Below, in pieces: positions 46,165 to 56,642 of a stretch of DNA of 64,000 bases (position 1 is its first letter; every line of letters begins with the position of its first letter). A program made the position numbers and the translations under genes. Under the pieces are notes generated by a model that did no database searches, was not told the origin of the DNA, and was given only the letters and a program-made list of their open reading frames with translations. The DNA is from Phycisphaerae bacterium (GTDB lineage Bacteria; Planctomycetota; Phycisphaerae; UBA1845), in assembly GCA_020056715.1 (NCBI GenBank), contig JAGVHG010000057.1, forward strand, positions 1,256-65,255. The letters run 5' to 3'.

Positions 46165-48384
46165 CTACTTTTCGCCCGTCGGCTTAGCCTTTGGGGAGGG
46201 TGACGACCCTTTAAGCTTTTCGTCCACCGACATATTGAGCGACCGAACGAGGAACGCCCAACGATCCGCCGATTCCTCGATTTGCTTCGAGGTCGGCTTA
46301 CCAGCGCCGTGGCCCGCTTTGGTCTCGATGCGGATCATTACCGGGTTCGGGCCGGAGTTCGCCTCCTGCAGCGCCGCCGCGAACTTGAAGCTATGCCCCG
46401 GCCAGACACGATCGTCATGATCGGCCGTGGTAACCAGCGTCGCCGGGTAACTCGTGCCTGGTTTCAGATTTTGTAGCGGCGAGTACTTATAAAGCGCCTG
46501 GAACTCCTCCGGGTTGTCGACCGACCCGTAGTCCGACGCCCACATATATCCGATCGTGAACTTGTGGAAACGCAGCATGTCCAACACGCCGACGGCGGGT
46601 AGGGCAGCGCCGAACAGTTCCGGACGTTGCGTGATGCACGCCCCAACCAGCAATCCGCCGTTGCTACCGCCGCCGATGGCAAGCTTGGGAGTCGAGGTGT
46701 ACTTGTTGGCGATGAGCCATTCGGCCGCCGCAATGAAATCGTCGAAGCAGTTTTGCTTCGTGAGCTTCTTGCCACCGTCGTGCCAGTCCTTGCCGTATTC
46801 GCCCCCGCCGCGGATGTTGGCCACGGCGTATAAGCCGCCCATTTCCATCCAAACTGCGTTCGACACCGAGAACGACGGCGTGATGGAGATGTCAAAGCCG
46901 CCGTATCCGTAGAGGTATGTCGGATTGGCGCCATCGAGCTTGATTCCTTTTTTGCTGGTGATGAACATCGGGATCTTCGTGCCGTCCTTGCTGTTGTAAA
47001 AGACCTGCTTGGTCTCATAGAGGTCGGGATTGATGTCCACCTTAGGTTTGCGGAGGACCGTGCTTTCGCCGCCGGCCACGTCGTACCGGAAAATCGTCGC
47101 AGGATAAACAAAGCTCGTGAAGACGTAGTACGTCTCGGAATCCTTCCGCCGTCCCCCGAACCCTCCGGCGCTTCCCAGGCCCGGCAACGTGACCTCCCGC
47201 GTCGGTTTTCCGTCCAACTCAAACACCTTGACCTGCGATCGGGCATCCTTCAGATAGGTAGCAATGAACTTGTTTCCCACTGCGCTCACGCTCTGCAGCG
47301 CGTCCTCCGCCTGAGGTATGATCTCCTTCCAGTTGGCCTTGTCAGGTTTGGTGATGTCGATGGCGACGACGCGGCTCCGCGGAGCGTCCCGATCGGTCTG
47401 GAACCAGAAAACTGGCCCGTCATTGTCGATCAAGCCGTATTGCGCCTCCCACTCTTTGATGAGTTCCACAACCGGCGCATCCGGTTTTTGCAGGTCTTTG
47501 TAGTAGACCAGGTTCTTTCGCTCGGTGCCGTGCGAGACCGTGATGATGAGATATCGTCCGTCATCGGTTACGTTGCCGCTGAACTCCCACTCCTTTTCGT
47601 CTTTTCGCTCGTACACAATGGGATCGGCGGACTGGGGCGTCCCGAGTTTGTGGTAGCACAACTTGTGATAGTAGTTCAGCGCTTTGAGCTTTCCCGATTC
47701 GGTCGTCTCCTTCGGTTCATCGTAGCGACTGTAGAAGAAGCCCGTGCCGTCGTGGGTCCAGGAGGCCCCGGAGAACTTCACCCACTTGAGGAGGTCCTCC
47801 AGGTCCTTGCCGGTCTCGATGTCGCGGACCTTCCACTCGTTCCAGTCGGAGCCCGATGCCGACAAACCGTAGGCCATGTACTTCCCGTCTTCCGTGACGT
47901 CATATCCCGCCAGCGAAACGGTTCCATCCGAGGCCAGCAGGTTCGCGTCGAGCAGCACCTTGGGCTCTTCGCTCATGGATTTCGTCGTGTACAGCGGGCT
48001 TTGGTTTTGAAGGCCGTCGTTCTTGTTGAAGAAATATCGCCCGCCGCGCTTAAACGGCACGCCGTAGCGCTCGTAGTTCCACATCGCCGTCAGACGATTT
48101 TGGATCGCCTTCCGCTGGGGGATGCTTTCGAGGAACGGGAAAGTGACCTTGTTCTCTGCGTCGACCCAGGCTTGCGTATCGGTCGAGTCCGGGTCCTCCA
48201 GGCCGCGATAGGGGTCTGCGACTTTCGTGCCGTGATAGTCATCGACCTGCTCGACCTTCTTGGCCTTGGGGTAGACAAACGGCGTGTCGCCGCCTGCTTT
48301 CGCGGGCAACGAAACGAGCAACCCGCTCGCCACCACGATCCCGACCGACCAACGCATAACACGATTTAGCTTCCATTTCGACAT
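46165..48384 (-). CDS. Prolyl oligopeptidase (S9A) family serine peptidase, secreted
   Basis: GGSNGGLLVGA nucleophile elbow, beta-propeller N-domain, D..V and H catalytic context. Signal peptide from ATG 48384. Confidence 0.9.
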   Translation of the reverse strand: MSKWKLNRVMRWSVGIVVASGLLVSLPAKAGGDTPFVYPKAKKVEQVDDYHGTKVADPYRGLEDPDSTDTQAWVDAENKVTFPFLESIPQRKAIQNRLTAMWNYERYGVPFKRGGRYFFNKNDGLQNQSPLYTTKSMSEEPKVLLDANLLASDGTVSLAGYDVTEDGKYMAYGLSASGSDWNEWKVRDIETGKDLEDLLKWVKFSGASWTHDGTGFFYSRYDEPKETTESGKLKALNYYHKLCYHKLGTPQSADPIVYERKDEKEWEFSGNVTDDGRYLIITVSHGTERKNLVYYKDLQKPDAPVVELIKEWEAQYGLIDNDGPVFWFQTDRDAPRSRVVAIDITKPDKANWKEIIPQAEDALQSVSAVGNKFIATYLKDARSQVKVFELDGKPTREVTLPGLGSAGGFGGRRKDSETYYVFTSFVYPATIFRYDVAGGESTVLRKPKVDINPDLYETKQVFYNSKDGTKIPMFITSKKGIKLDGANPTYLYGYGGFDISITPSFSVSNAVWMEMGGLYAVANIRGGGEYGKDWHDGGKKLTKQNCFDDFIAAAEWLIANKYTSTPKLAIGGGSNGGLLVGACITQRPELFGAALPAVGVLDMLRFHKFTIGYMWASDYGSVDNPEEFQALYKYSPLQNLKPGTSYPATLVTTADHDDRVWPGHSFKFAAALQEANSGPNPVMIRIETKAGHGAGKPTSKQIEESADRWAFLVRSLNMSVDEKLKGSSPSPKAKPTGEK

Positions 48385-48574
48385 TGGCTGACCCTTTCGC
48401 ATACGTACCAACCGAGAAAACCGCACATGTAAAACGGAACCCGGCGCGCCGGGTTCCGTGCATACTTCTAAAGTACCGAGGCACGGCTAAACAACGCTTT
48501 CATCCTATCCGAACCTCCCTGCGGACCCAAGTCCACCCCCGTCAGAATGTGTCGGGTAACGTTGAAAGCCTACA

Positions 48575-49972
48575 ATGCGTTGCATGGACGAATCTCACCT
48601 TGAGGCCATTCGCAAGCATATCGCCGCGTTCCCCAAGACGCCCGGCGTCTACCTCATGAAGGACCAGGAAGGCCGGGTGCTTTACGTCGGCAAGGCCAAG
48701 GAACTCCGCTCCCGGGTGATGAGCTACTTCCAGCCGTCCGCTGACCTGCTCAACACGCGTGGCCCGGATATCTGCCGCATGGTCGAGAAAGTTGTCACCA
48801 TTGACTGCCTCGAATGCGAAAGCGAGGTCGACGCCCTCCTCAAGGAAGCTCGCCTCATCAAGGATGTCCGGCCTCCGCACAACGTCTTGCTCCGCGACGA
48901 CAAGACCTTTCCCTACATCGAGATCACCATCGGCGATGATTTCCCCGGCGTCTACGTCACGCGGACGCCGCGCTTGAAGGGCAGCAAATTGTATGGTCCC
49001 TTCTTGTCGGCCACCGCCATCCGCGACGCCATGAACGCTTTACAGAGGGTGTTCAAGTTCCGCACCTGTGAGTTGGAAATCCATGAGGGCGACGAGTCTC
49101 GGAAGTATTTCCGGCCATGCCTGCTGCACGCGATCAACCAGTGTACGGCCCCATGCGCCGCGCTTATCAGCAAAGAAGAGTACAAGAAGGACATCGACCG
49201 CCTCAAGAAGTTCCTGGCCAGCAAACGCACCATTCTCATCCGCCAAATGACCAAGGAAATGGAGGCGGCGTCGAAAGAGCATCGCTTTGAAGAGGCCGCC
49301 AAACTTAGAGATCGCCTCAAGGCCATTCAGGCGCTGGCCCTTTCCGGTGACGTCCTCGAAGACATTCAACCTGAAGTGTTCTACATCGACCCGCGAAAGG
49401 GCTTGGAAAAGCTCGCCGAGCTTTTGGAGTTGGAGGCCCCGCCGCGCTGCATGGAGTGCATCGACATCGCCCACTTGCAGGGCGAAGCGACCGTAGGCTC
49501 GCTTGTTTGCTTCATCGACGGCAAAGCTTTCAAGAGCGGCTACCGGCGATTCAAGATCGGGACGGTCGAAGGCGTGGACGACTACGCCGCGATCCGCGAG
49601 GTCATTTCCCGCCGCTATCGCTACGCCGCTGAGGGCGAGGAACTGTACCCAGACCTGATCCTGATCGACGGCGGCCTGGGGCAACTCCACGCCGGACTCG
49701 AAGCCTTCGGCGAAATGAATGTCCGCCCGCCGATGGTCATTTCATTGGCCAAACGCGAGGAGGAGGTCTACATCCAGGCCAAATCCGCCCCTGTGCGCCT
49801 CGCCCGCAACAATGAAGCGTTGCGGTTGCTTCAACAGATGCGCGACGAGGCCCACCGCTTCGCCCAGGCCTATCATCACAAACTGCGACAAAAGAAAACC
49901 TTCGACGAAGACGTCCGCCAAGGCCGCCGTCCGCCCACCCGTCAGTCGGGTCATCGACACGACGCTATGTAA
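48575..49972 (+). CDS. uvrC: Excinuclease ABC subunit C (UvrC), short form lacking the C-terminal (HhH)2 domain
   Basis: GIY-YIG (GVYLMKDQEGRVLYVGKAKELRSRV), UVR-domain region (EEAAKLRDRLKAIQ) and RNase H-like endonuclease region. Ends at 465 aa. Confidence 0.85.
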   Translation: MRCMDESHLEAIRKHIAAFPKTPGVYLMKDQEGRVLYVGKAKELRSRVMSYFQPSADLLNTRGPDICRMVEKVVTIDCLECESEVDALLKEARLIKDVRPPHNVLLRDDKTFPYIEITIGDDFPGVYVTRTPRLKGSKLYGPFLSATAIRDAMNALQRVFKFRTCELEIHEGDESRKYFRPCLLHAINQCTAPCAALISKEEYKKDIDRLKKFLASKRTILIRQMTKEMEAASKEHRFEEAAKLRDRLKAIQALALSGDVLEDIQPEVFYIDPRKGLEKLAELLELEAPPRCMECIDIAHLQGEATVGSLVCFIDGKAFKSGYRRFKIGTVEGVDDYAAIREVISRRYRYAAEGEELYPDLILIDGGLGQLHAGLEAFGEMNVRPPMVISLAKREEEVYIQAKSAPVRLARNNEALRLLQQMRDEAHRFAQAYHHKLRQKKTFDEDVRQGRRPPTRQSGHRHDAM

Positions 49973-51216
49973 CTATCCCTATGCTTCGCTCCGCGCCGAC
50001 CCGCAAGGATCGTGCCCGCAGTGAGAGTCGCGAGGGCCAAAATGACCATGCCCCACACCGACACGGCAGGGATGCAACACGGAGATACAGCTCCATCGGT
50101 AAAGGCCCAATCGAAATACGTGATACTTCCTCCATTCGGAACCACGAACTCCGTGTAGATCTTGACTGTCTGATTCTGCGGCACCACCTCTCCGCAGCCG
50201 AATTGCCACTCGACTTCGATGTACTCCCCGCAGTCCGTCGTGCAATCCAGAGCAGTTGGGTGATGCTTAACGATCCGCGGAACGTCGCGCGTCGGCCAGT
50301 CGAGCGTCGTTCGATACGTACAGATGCGTGACGGTCCATCGGCACGGACCTTGTATTTCAGTCCCGTGGCGGGAACCGGGCTGGTCTGCGGGATGCTGAG
50401 TGAATCGTGGATCGTCAATCCCGTTCCGTCGCAGGTCGTATCAGGCTTTGAGAGTGTGACGACGTTGTCCAAGAATGGGTCATTCGGATCCGAGTAATCA
50501 TCGAGGTACCAGTCGTTATTCGTCGTGTGTCGATAGGCGTACGTCTGAACGGAAGGAGTTGGAGGTGCTGGGGGGTCGGGAATGGGTTTGTCCGAGTCGG
50601 TAACCTTCACGTGGTCCGGATTGCCCGTAAGCGGTTCCGTTTTGTTCGCACCGTCGTCGCCCCAGGCCGTGATCACATGCTTGACTTGGTTCTGGTATGT
50701 ACAGCCCGGCGGGGTAGGCGTCCCTGTCGGAAATCGCATGTACAGTCCCACGTAGTTGCACGCGCGAAGCTGGTTGGCGATGAACCTGGGAAGGTAGGGG
50801 TCTTGCAACGGGTCTTCGTTGTGGCCGCCGTAGAGGGTCACGACCGTGTAGGGAGGATTGTTGTCCGACCCCCGGTTGTTGCACGACTGAAGCCACCAAC
50901 TGATGGCCATATCGAGCCAGCCTCACCCATATGATTGCATTTCCGGGCTGTTTTTGAACTGTGTATAGATTTCCTCGGCCCGCTCCTGGACCGTGTTGCC
51001 GCTGGTTCCATAGCCCGCGCCGGCGAGCATGTTGGCGGCCGTGGCCAGCCAGCAGCTTATGTCGGCACCAGTCGCCGGCTTGTTGGCATCCGGTGGCAGG
51101 GGGCCCGTTTCTGCGTACGGCGACTTGAGGTAGCCGTCAGCGAAGGCCAGGGGCGGGAAGAAGAGAACCAGAAGGGTAGACCAGCGAAGCAGTGCATTGA
51201 CTCTCAGTGGGTTCAT
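49951..51216 (-). CDS. Secreted papain-like (Cys-His-Asp) protein with IPTL/PEP-CTERM-like tail, interrupted by in-frame TGA at 50923-50925 (pseudogene or recoding)
   Basis: ORFs 50923..51339 and 49951..50910 share one frame. The junction reads EMQSYG-TGA-GWLDMAISWW. Candidate triad: DISCWLATAANML, KHVITAWGDDG, VKVTDSD. C-terminal IPAVSVWGMVILALATLTAGTILAGRR. Confidence 0.6.
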
Positions 51217-51369
51217 GGGAAGTGTCCTTTCTTCGGTAAGGGGATGGGTGCGGAACGACGGTCGGGCGACCACACGTCGCGCGGAGATGCTTGCGAAAAG
51301 AACCGTTGCTCGGGCCGGTGCATGCCCACTCACCCCCAAAGACGCACCAACAACCTAGTTCAACCGCTA

Positions 51370-51397
51370 ACATTAGGTAGTTAGACTAACTTGTCAA
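51370..51397 (-). promoter_or_regulatory. Candidate sigma70-type promoter with palindromic spacer upstream of the papain-like gene
   Basis: Minus strand reads TTGACA (51397-51392), 16-nt spacer agttagtctaactacc containing the inverted repeat agtta/taact, then TAATGT (51375-51370). Confidence 0.35.
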
Positions 51398-51483
51398 GAG
51401 GAAAAAAAGTGTCCCCATGAAGCGATGCCTGAGGTCTCGTTCCGATACTTGCAAGTGCCTGCGGCGTCCGCGTTCGGGCGGCA

Positions 51484-52296
51484 CTACAACCCGGCCTGGA
51501 CGGCCATACCGCATGCGAGCACGACCAATCCCGCGAGGGCGTGACCGAAGCGATGCCAGCGACGTAACGGCGCCATTCCAACCACCCAAGCCGAGGATAG
51601 GACTACGGCGAGCATCGTGGCGATGGTGATGACGCTGAAGACGATGGTCACGCCGATAACAGTCCACGCGGTTCCCTTGGCCGCCGCGTACATGACGATC
51701 GGGATCAACGGCTCGCATGGTCCGAAGAGGAAGATCGTGAACAAAATCCAAGGAGTGAGCGACGGGGCGGAGTCGCAAGTGGGTGTCGGTGCATGATGAC
51801 CCGGCGCTTGCGCGCTGTGTTCGGACTGACCGCTCCTTTGCAGTCGCGGTTCTGATCCGGCGGGTTCGGATGCGTTATGAACGTGAACGTGGTCGGCATG
51901 GTGCATGTGTTCATGGGTGTGGATCACGCCATCGGCGTGGGGGTGGAAGTGCGCGTGTGGTTGATTGCGGATCGCGCGTCGGACGCCCCAGAGGAAGTAC
52001 ACCAACCCGAATGCGATCAGAAGCCAGCCCGCAAGGTCGCCGCGGAACCGCTCGATCCCTTCGAGTTTGAACACTGCAACTCCAAACGCGATGCCGATCA
52101 GGCCCAAGGCGACTGAGCTGAGCACGTGTCCCAGCCCGCAGAGCAGCGTGATGACGACAGTCTTTCGCACCGACCAGCCGCTCGCGCGGGACATGGCCAC
52201 GAACGGCAGATAGTGATCCGGTCCAAGCAGGGTATGCACGAAGGCAACCGACGCGGAGGTGACATACAGCATGATAGCGCTGTCAATCATTCGCAC
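51484..52296 (-). CDS. Metal (Ni/Co-type?) membrane transporter, NiCoT/UreH-related, with His-rich loop
   Basis: TM1 motif FVHTLLGPDHYLPF (HxxxxxDH). Central loop HAHFHPHADGVIHTHEHMHHADHVHVHN. About 6 TM segments. Confidence 0.5.
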   Translation of the reverse strand: MRMIDSAIMLYVTSASVAFVHTLLGPDHYLPFVAMSRASGWSVRKTVVITLLCGLGHVLSSVALGLIGIAFGVAVFKLEGIERFRGDLAGWLLIAFGLVYFLWGVRRAIRNQPHAHFHPHADGVIHTHEHMHHADHVHVHNASEPAGSEPRLQRSGQSEHSAQAPGHHAPTPTCDSAPSLTPWILFTIFLFGPCEPLIPIVMYAAAKGTAWTVIGVTIVFSVITIATMLAVVLSSAWVVGMAPLRRWHRFGHALAGLVVLACGMAVQAGL

Positions 52297-52359
52297 CCTC
52301 GCTCAACTGACACGGCCAATCTACGCTTGACGGTGCCACTCTTGTAGCAATTCGCATAC

Positions 52360-53640
52360 TCAAAACCGCTCCGCCGTAACGAGATCATCGTATTTTTCGC
52401 GTCGCCGGATCAGACGGGCCGCGCCGCCGTCCACCAACACTTCCGCCGCCCGCGGGCGGGAGTTGTATTGACTGCTCATTGTGAAGCCATAGGCCCCGGT
52501 CGAAAAGATGCAAACGAAATCGCCACGCGAAACCGGCGGCAGCCAACGGTCCTTGGCCAGAAAATCTCCGCTTTCGCACACCGGACCCACTATATCCACC
52601 AATACCGATCCGGCCAGGTGTACGTCGGCTCGTCGATCCGGCGGGATCGCGCCGTCCTTTGGTTCTACCGGCCAAGCGAAATGGAAAGAACCGTACAGCG
52701 CCGGGCGGATCAACTCCGTGATCGCGGCATCGACGATGATGAACTGCCGATCGCCGGAGGCTTTGGTGTAAAGCGTTCGGGTGAGGAGGACTCCGGCGTT
52801 TGCGGCGATACTCCGGCCCGGTTCGAGCAGCACGGTGAGTCCGCGACCACGCAGCAACGGCACAATCCGCTCGGCGTAGGCCGACGCGGGAGGGGCCTCG
52901 CCGCCGTCGTAGTGCGCTCCGAATCCACCGCCGATATTGATCGCTTTTATGCGGTGGCCATCGCCACGCAGTTCGTCGATCAATGTAAGCCCTTTGCCGA
53001 TCGACGCGACATACGGCTCGATGGTGTTGACCGGCGAGCCGATGTGCATGTGGATGCCGCACAGCTCCAGCCCCGGTCGACTATGAAAGTCTTTGAAAAC
53101 TTGACGGGCGCGTTCCAGGTCCACGCCGAATTTCGTTTCGCGCTTTCCCGTGGTCGTGTACACATGCGTCTTCGGATCGACATCGGGATTCACTCGCAGA
53201 GCAACGCGGGCAACCTTACCCAGCTTGGCCGCAATCGTTGCAACATTGTCCAGTTCGGCCTCGGACTCTACGTTGAACCAGCCGATTCCGACCTCCAGCG
53301 CCGCACGGATTTCCGTGTCCGTCTTGCCGACACCTGCGAAGACGATCCGCGATGGGTCGGCATCGACCTCCAACGTGCGTTTCAACTCGCCCCCGCTGAC
53401 CACGTCGAAGGCCGCGCCGCATTCTTTGAGAAGCCGTAATATCGAAAGATTGTGGCAACTCTTCACCGAGAAGCAGATCACCGCGTCCAGCGGAGCGAAG
53501 GCCAGGGCGAACCGATCGTAGTGGTCCAGCAGCGTCTTTTTCGAGTAAACGTACAGCGGCGTGCCGAACTGATCGGCGAGAGTCGGCAGATCGACGGACT
53601 CGCAATGGAGTACGCCGTCGTGGTATGAAAAGTGGTCCAT
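52360..53640 (-). CDS. lysA: Diaminopimelate decarboxylase
   Basis: FGTPLYVYS N-terminus, PLP-fold type III pattern, CESGD motif near the C-terminus. Confidence 0.92.
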   Translation of the reverse strand: MDHFSYHDGVLHCESVDLPTLADQFGTPLYVYSKKTLLDHYDRFALAFAPLDAVICFSVKSCHNLSILRLLKECGAAFDVVSGGELKRTLEVDADPSRIVFAGVGKTDTEIRAALEVGIGWFNVESEAELDNVATIAAKLGKVARVALRVNPDVDPKTHVYTTTGKRETKFGVDLERARQVFKDFHSRPGLELCGIHMHIGSPVNTIEPYVASIGKGLTLIDELRGDGHRIKAINIGGGFGAHYDGGEAPPASAYAERIVPLLRGRGLTVLLEPGRSIAANAGVLLTRTLYTKASGDRQFIIVDAAITELIRPALYGSFHFAWPVEPKDGAIPPDRRADVHLAGSVLVDIVGPVCESGDFLAKDRWLPPVSRGDFVCIFSTGAYGFTMSSQYNSRPRAAEVLVDGGAARLIRRREKYDDLVTAERF

Positions 53641-53727
53641 CGCCTCGCGCCTCGCCCGTGGCAGGCTCCTCGAACGTGACTATACTAGCGGAAGCGTCGC
53701 GGGCTGCACGCGCGGGAGCGAGCCTTC

Positions 53728-54234
53728 TTGGATGAGACACCGGAAGTCATTCTGTACACCGATGGTGCGTGCAGCGGCAACCCCGGTCCCGGCGGTTGGG
53801 CTGCAATCCTCAAACATCCCCAAAGTCGCAAGCTGAAATCGCTTTCCGGCGGCGATCCCCATACGACCAACAACCGCATGGAGCTGACCGCCGCGATCGA
53901 AGGCCTGCGAAGCCTCAAGACCGACCGGCGCTACCGAGTCCACCTCATCAGCGACAGCGAGTACTTGATTTTCGGGCTGACGCAGTGGATCAACGGCTGG
54001 ATCGCCAAGAACTGGCGGCGTGGCAAAAGCATCGCCTCTGAGCCGGTCAAGAACGTGGATTTATGGAAGACGCTGCACGAACTCGCCCAACGGCATGACA
54101 TGAGCTATGAACACGTCGCCGCCCACACCGGCCATCCGGAAAACGAGGAGTGCGACCGCCTCGCCACCGAGGAGATCAAGGCCCTACGCCGCGCGGCCAA
54201 GGACGCAAAAATGCTGGATGAAGAAAAGTTCTAG
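53728..54234 (+). CDS. rnhA: Ribonuclease HI
   Basis: VILYTDGACSGNPGPGGWAAIL..TNNRMEL..DSEY. Apparent TTG start. Confidence 0.9.
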   Translation: MDETPEVILYTDGACSGNPGPGGWAAILKHPQSRKLKSLSGGDPHTTNNRMELTAAIEGLRSLKTDRRYRVHLISDSEYLIFGLTQWINGWIAKNWRRGKSIASEPVKNVDLWKTLHELAQRHDMSYEHVAAHTGHPENEECDRLATEEIKALRRAAKDAKMLDEEKF

Positions 54235-55364
54235 CGGTCTGCGGTTCTTACCGAAGGCACTGCCCGGATGAGTTGTTCGACGGCGGAGTCAATCTCCCAC
54301 TCCGTGGTGTGGCGTCCGACGCTGAAACGTACCGCGCCGAAGGCGATCTCCTCAGGAACGTTCATCGCGGCGAGCGTCGCCGACCGTTCCCTACGCCCGG
54401 AGTGACACGCAGTTCCGGTGCTGGCGCAGATTTCCAGACACGCGGAGAGAACGTCCGCTCCGATCCGACCGCGAAAGCCCACGCACAACGTGTTCGGCAA
54501 GCGGTTCGTCGGATGACCAAGGATAACCACTTGATCGCCAAGCGAATGCCTCAGCCCGTCGTAGAGTCGATCGCGTAACACGGACAATCGCGCGGTCCCT
54601 TCGTACTTCCGGGTGACTTCAGCGGCCGCTCCCAGCCCGACGATCAGCGCGGACGGCTCGGTGCCGGATCGGCGACCTTGCTGATGTCCGGCCCCGTGAT
54701 GCAAGGCTTCGAGGGTGACGCCGCGGCGAATGTAAAGAGCGCCGATCCCTTGTGGGGCGTAGAGCTTGTGTCCCGCGACGGTGAGGAAATCCACCCCCAG
54801 CCGATCGACGCGCGTTTCAATCTTTCCGCACGATTGGGCGGCGTCGGTGAACATGAACACGCCTCCCTCGCGGGCGATTTCCGCGATCTCGGCGATCGGC
54901 TGGATCGTGCCCACCTCGTTGTTGGCGTGCATGATGGAGATCAGGATGGTGTCGTGCCGGACCTCGTGAGCGATCGCCTTGGGATCGACGCGGCCGTTGG
55001 AGTCCACCTCCAAGTACGTGATTTCGTACCCCTGCTGCTCTAAGAATCGGCAGGCGTTAAGCACGGCGGCGTGCTCGATGGCGGAGGTGATGATGTGTTT
55101 CCCGCGGTCACGAAGGGCGTACGCGACGCCCTTGATGACGTGGTTGCAGCCTTCGGTCCCACCGGAGTTGAAAATGATCTCCTCCGGAGTCGCCCCAAGA
55201 AGCTCGGCCACTTGCGCTCGTGCTTTTTCGATAGCCTCCCGGAGCGGTCGGCCCGCGGCGTGGGAACTCGATGGATTCCCGTAGCTTCGTCCCAAGTACG
55301 GCAGCATGGCCTCGCGAGCGGCGTCGTCCAACGGCGTCGAAGCGTTGTAATCGAGGTAAATCAT
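54231..55364 (-). CDS. Cysteine desulfurase (NifS/IscS class)
   Basis: IYLDYNASTP, GNPSSSH, AGHKLYAPQGIGALYIRRG (PLP Lys), STGTACHSG (active-site Cys). Confidence 0.88.
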   Translation of the reverse strand: MIYLDYNASTPLDDAAREAMLPYLGRSYGNPSSSHAAGRPLREAIEKARAQVAELLGATPEEIIFNSGGTEGCNHVIKGVAYALRDRGKHIITSAIEHAAVLNACRFLEQQGYEITYLEVDSNGRVDPKAIAHEVRHDTILISIMHANNEVGTIQPIAEIAEIAREGGVFMFTDAAQSCGKIETRVDRLGVDFLTVAGHKLYAPQGIGALYIRRGVTLEALHHGAGHQQGRRSGTEPSALIVGLGAAAEVTRKYEGTARLSVLRDRLYDGLRHSLGDQVVILGHPTNRLPNTLCVGFRGRIGADVLSACLEICASTGTACHSGRRERSATLAAMNVPEEIAFGAVRFSVGRHTTEWEIDSAVEQLIRAVPSVRTADR

Positions 55365-55643
55365 TCGACCTTACCTGTGGGTGGTTCGTAGTTCGCCAAA
55401 CGGCGGTCGGATGAACTACTCGCCGTAAGACTCAAGGGTCCTGCGGTTGCCGCACCCAGCGAACCGGCCGGCCGCGTAGTCCGATCATACCTTGAACCGA
55501 CTGTTCCAGCGAATAGCCCTAATGGGATTTGTTCAACCGCGCGTCTGCTCCGGTCGATGCTTCGATGAAGGATCTTCGGTTTGCCTAGGGGGGCAGTAGC
55601 AGTGGCGTGATGGGATAATTGAGAGCGTCCAAGGAGTTCACCG

Positions 55644-56189
55644 ATGACGATGGTCGACACGGATCAACTGGTTGATACGGTTCAGGGATTGAAGGAAGCG
55701 GCGACGAGCGCGCTGGCCAATGAATCGGCTGAAGACTTCGAGGCCTTCGAGCGATACCTCAACGAGGTCGATGCCTTCGTCCGCGAAACGCAGCAGTCCC
55801 TTTGGGCAGACGAAGCCCGCGCCACGCAACGCCGGCTGGAGAAGGGCGATCCCCTCAACACCCAAGACCGCGAACTACTCCGCGCCTTCCTCATCTCCGA
55901 CGCTCAAAGCTACCTAGCCCATGAAAACAACTACAACGATTGGCTCAACGAACTAAGGCGGCTTGTGGACGACGTGTGTAAGCGGGTCAATACCGTGGGC
56001 CGCGAGACCATCGCCGACTTGCGTGGGGTGCTCAAGGACGCCATCCGACTGGTTCCTGACATCCGCAACTATCTCGACGAAAAGCGGCGGGTAGAGAAGT
56101 TCGAACATGCCCTGGGCACCCTCGACAAGTCGTCCCGGGATATGCTGGTCCGCGTCCTGCGGGAGCAACTGCGCAGTCCCAGCCGGTAA
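55644..56189 (+). CDS. Hypothetical all-helical protein
   Basis: 181-aa ORF with coding-like composition. No family recognised. Confidence 0.5.
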   Translation: MTMVDTDQLVDTVQGLKEAATSALANESAEDFEAFERYLNEVDAFVRETQQSLWADEARATQRRLEKGDPLNTQDRELLRAFLISDAQSYLAHENNYNDWLNELRRLVDDVCKRVNTVGRETIADLRGVLKDAIRLVPDIRNYLDEKRRVEKFEHALGTLDKSSRDMLVRVLREQLRSPSR

Positions 56190-56205
56190 ATCGTTACTGA
56201 CAACG

Positions 56206-56240
56206 CCTCTCCATCCCCAAGGAGAGGGTCGAGGTGAGGG
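56206..56240. repeat. REP hairpin of the cctctcc..ggagagg family (inverted orientation)
   Basis: cctctccatccccaaggagagggtcgaggtgaggg. Confidence 0.75.
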
Positions 56241-56349
56241 CCGCCTCCTGTCCACCGCCTATCACTGATTTGCTGTTTCCCACACGATCGGTTATCCTCC
56301 CGCCTCGTGTCCGCCGTTGGGGCGGATTGTTGCCCGTAACTCAACGAGG

Positions 56350-56553
56350 ATGCCGATGCCACGACCGACCAAAGCGTTCAAACGCCAAAAGATCAACGCC
56401 GCCGCCGCCTGGAAAAAGGGTGAGCGGAAGGAAGCCTACGTGCTATGGGAAAAGGCCGCCAAGGGGATGCAGGAACATCTGGCCAAAAAGAAGAACAAGA
56501 ACAAGCCGGCTGCCGACGCTGCAGCCCCCGCCGCTCCCGAAGCGACGGGCTGA
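56350..56553 (+). CDS. Small Lys/Ala-rich hypothetical protein
   Basis: MPMPRPTKAFKRQKINAAAAWKKGERKEAYVLWEKAAKG.... GAGGA lies just upstream. Uncertain. Confidence 0.35.
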   Translation: MPMPRPTKAFKRQKINAAAAWKKGERKEAYVLWEKAAKGMQEHLAKKKNKNKPAADAAAPAAPEATG

Positions 56554-56642
56554 TACGGCTTGTCCAGAGGCGGGCCGTTACACTTTCGGGGACGAGCGGC
56601 TAGAATAATCCTCCTTGGCAACGTTAGGTGGAGTTCGCGTCC

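Noticed and set aside
55365-55643. The 280-nt gap between the cysteine desulfurase gene and the hypothetical gene, considered as a possible structured ncRNA or riboswitch.
   Set aside because: I could find no recognisable conserved motif (SRP, 6S, tmRNA, RNase P or common riboswitch cores) and no extended pairing. It is most simply a divergent promoter region.
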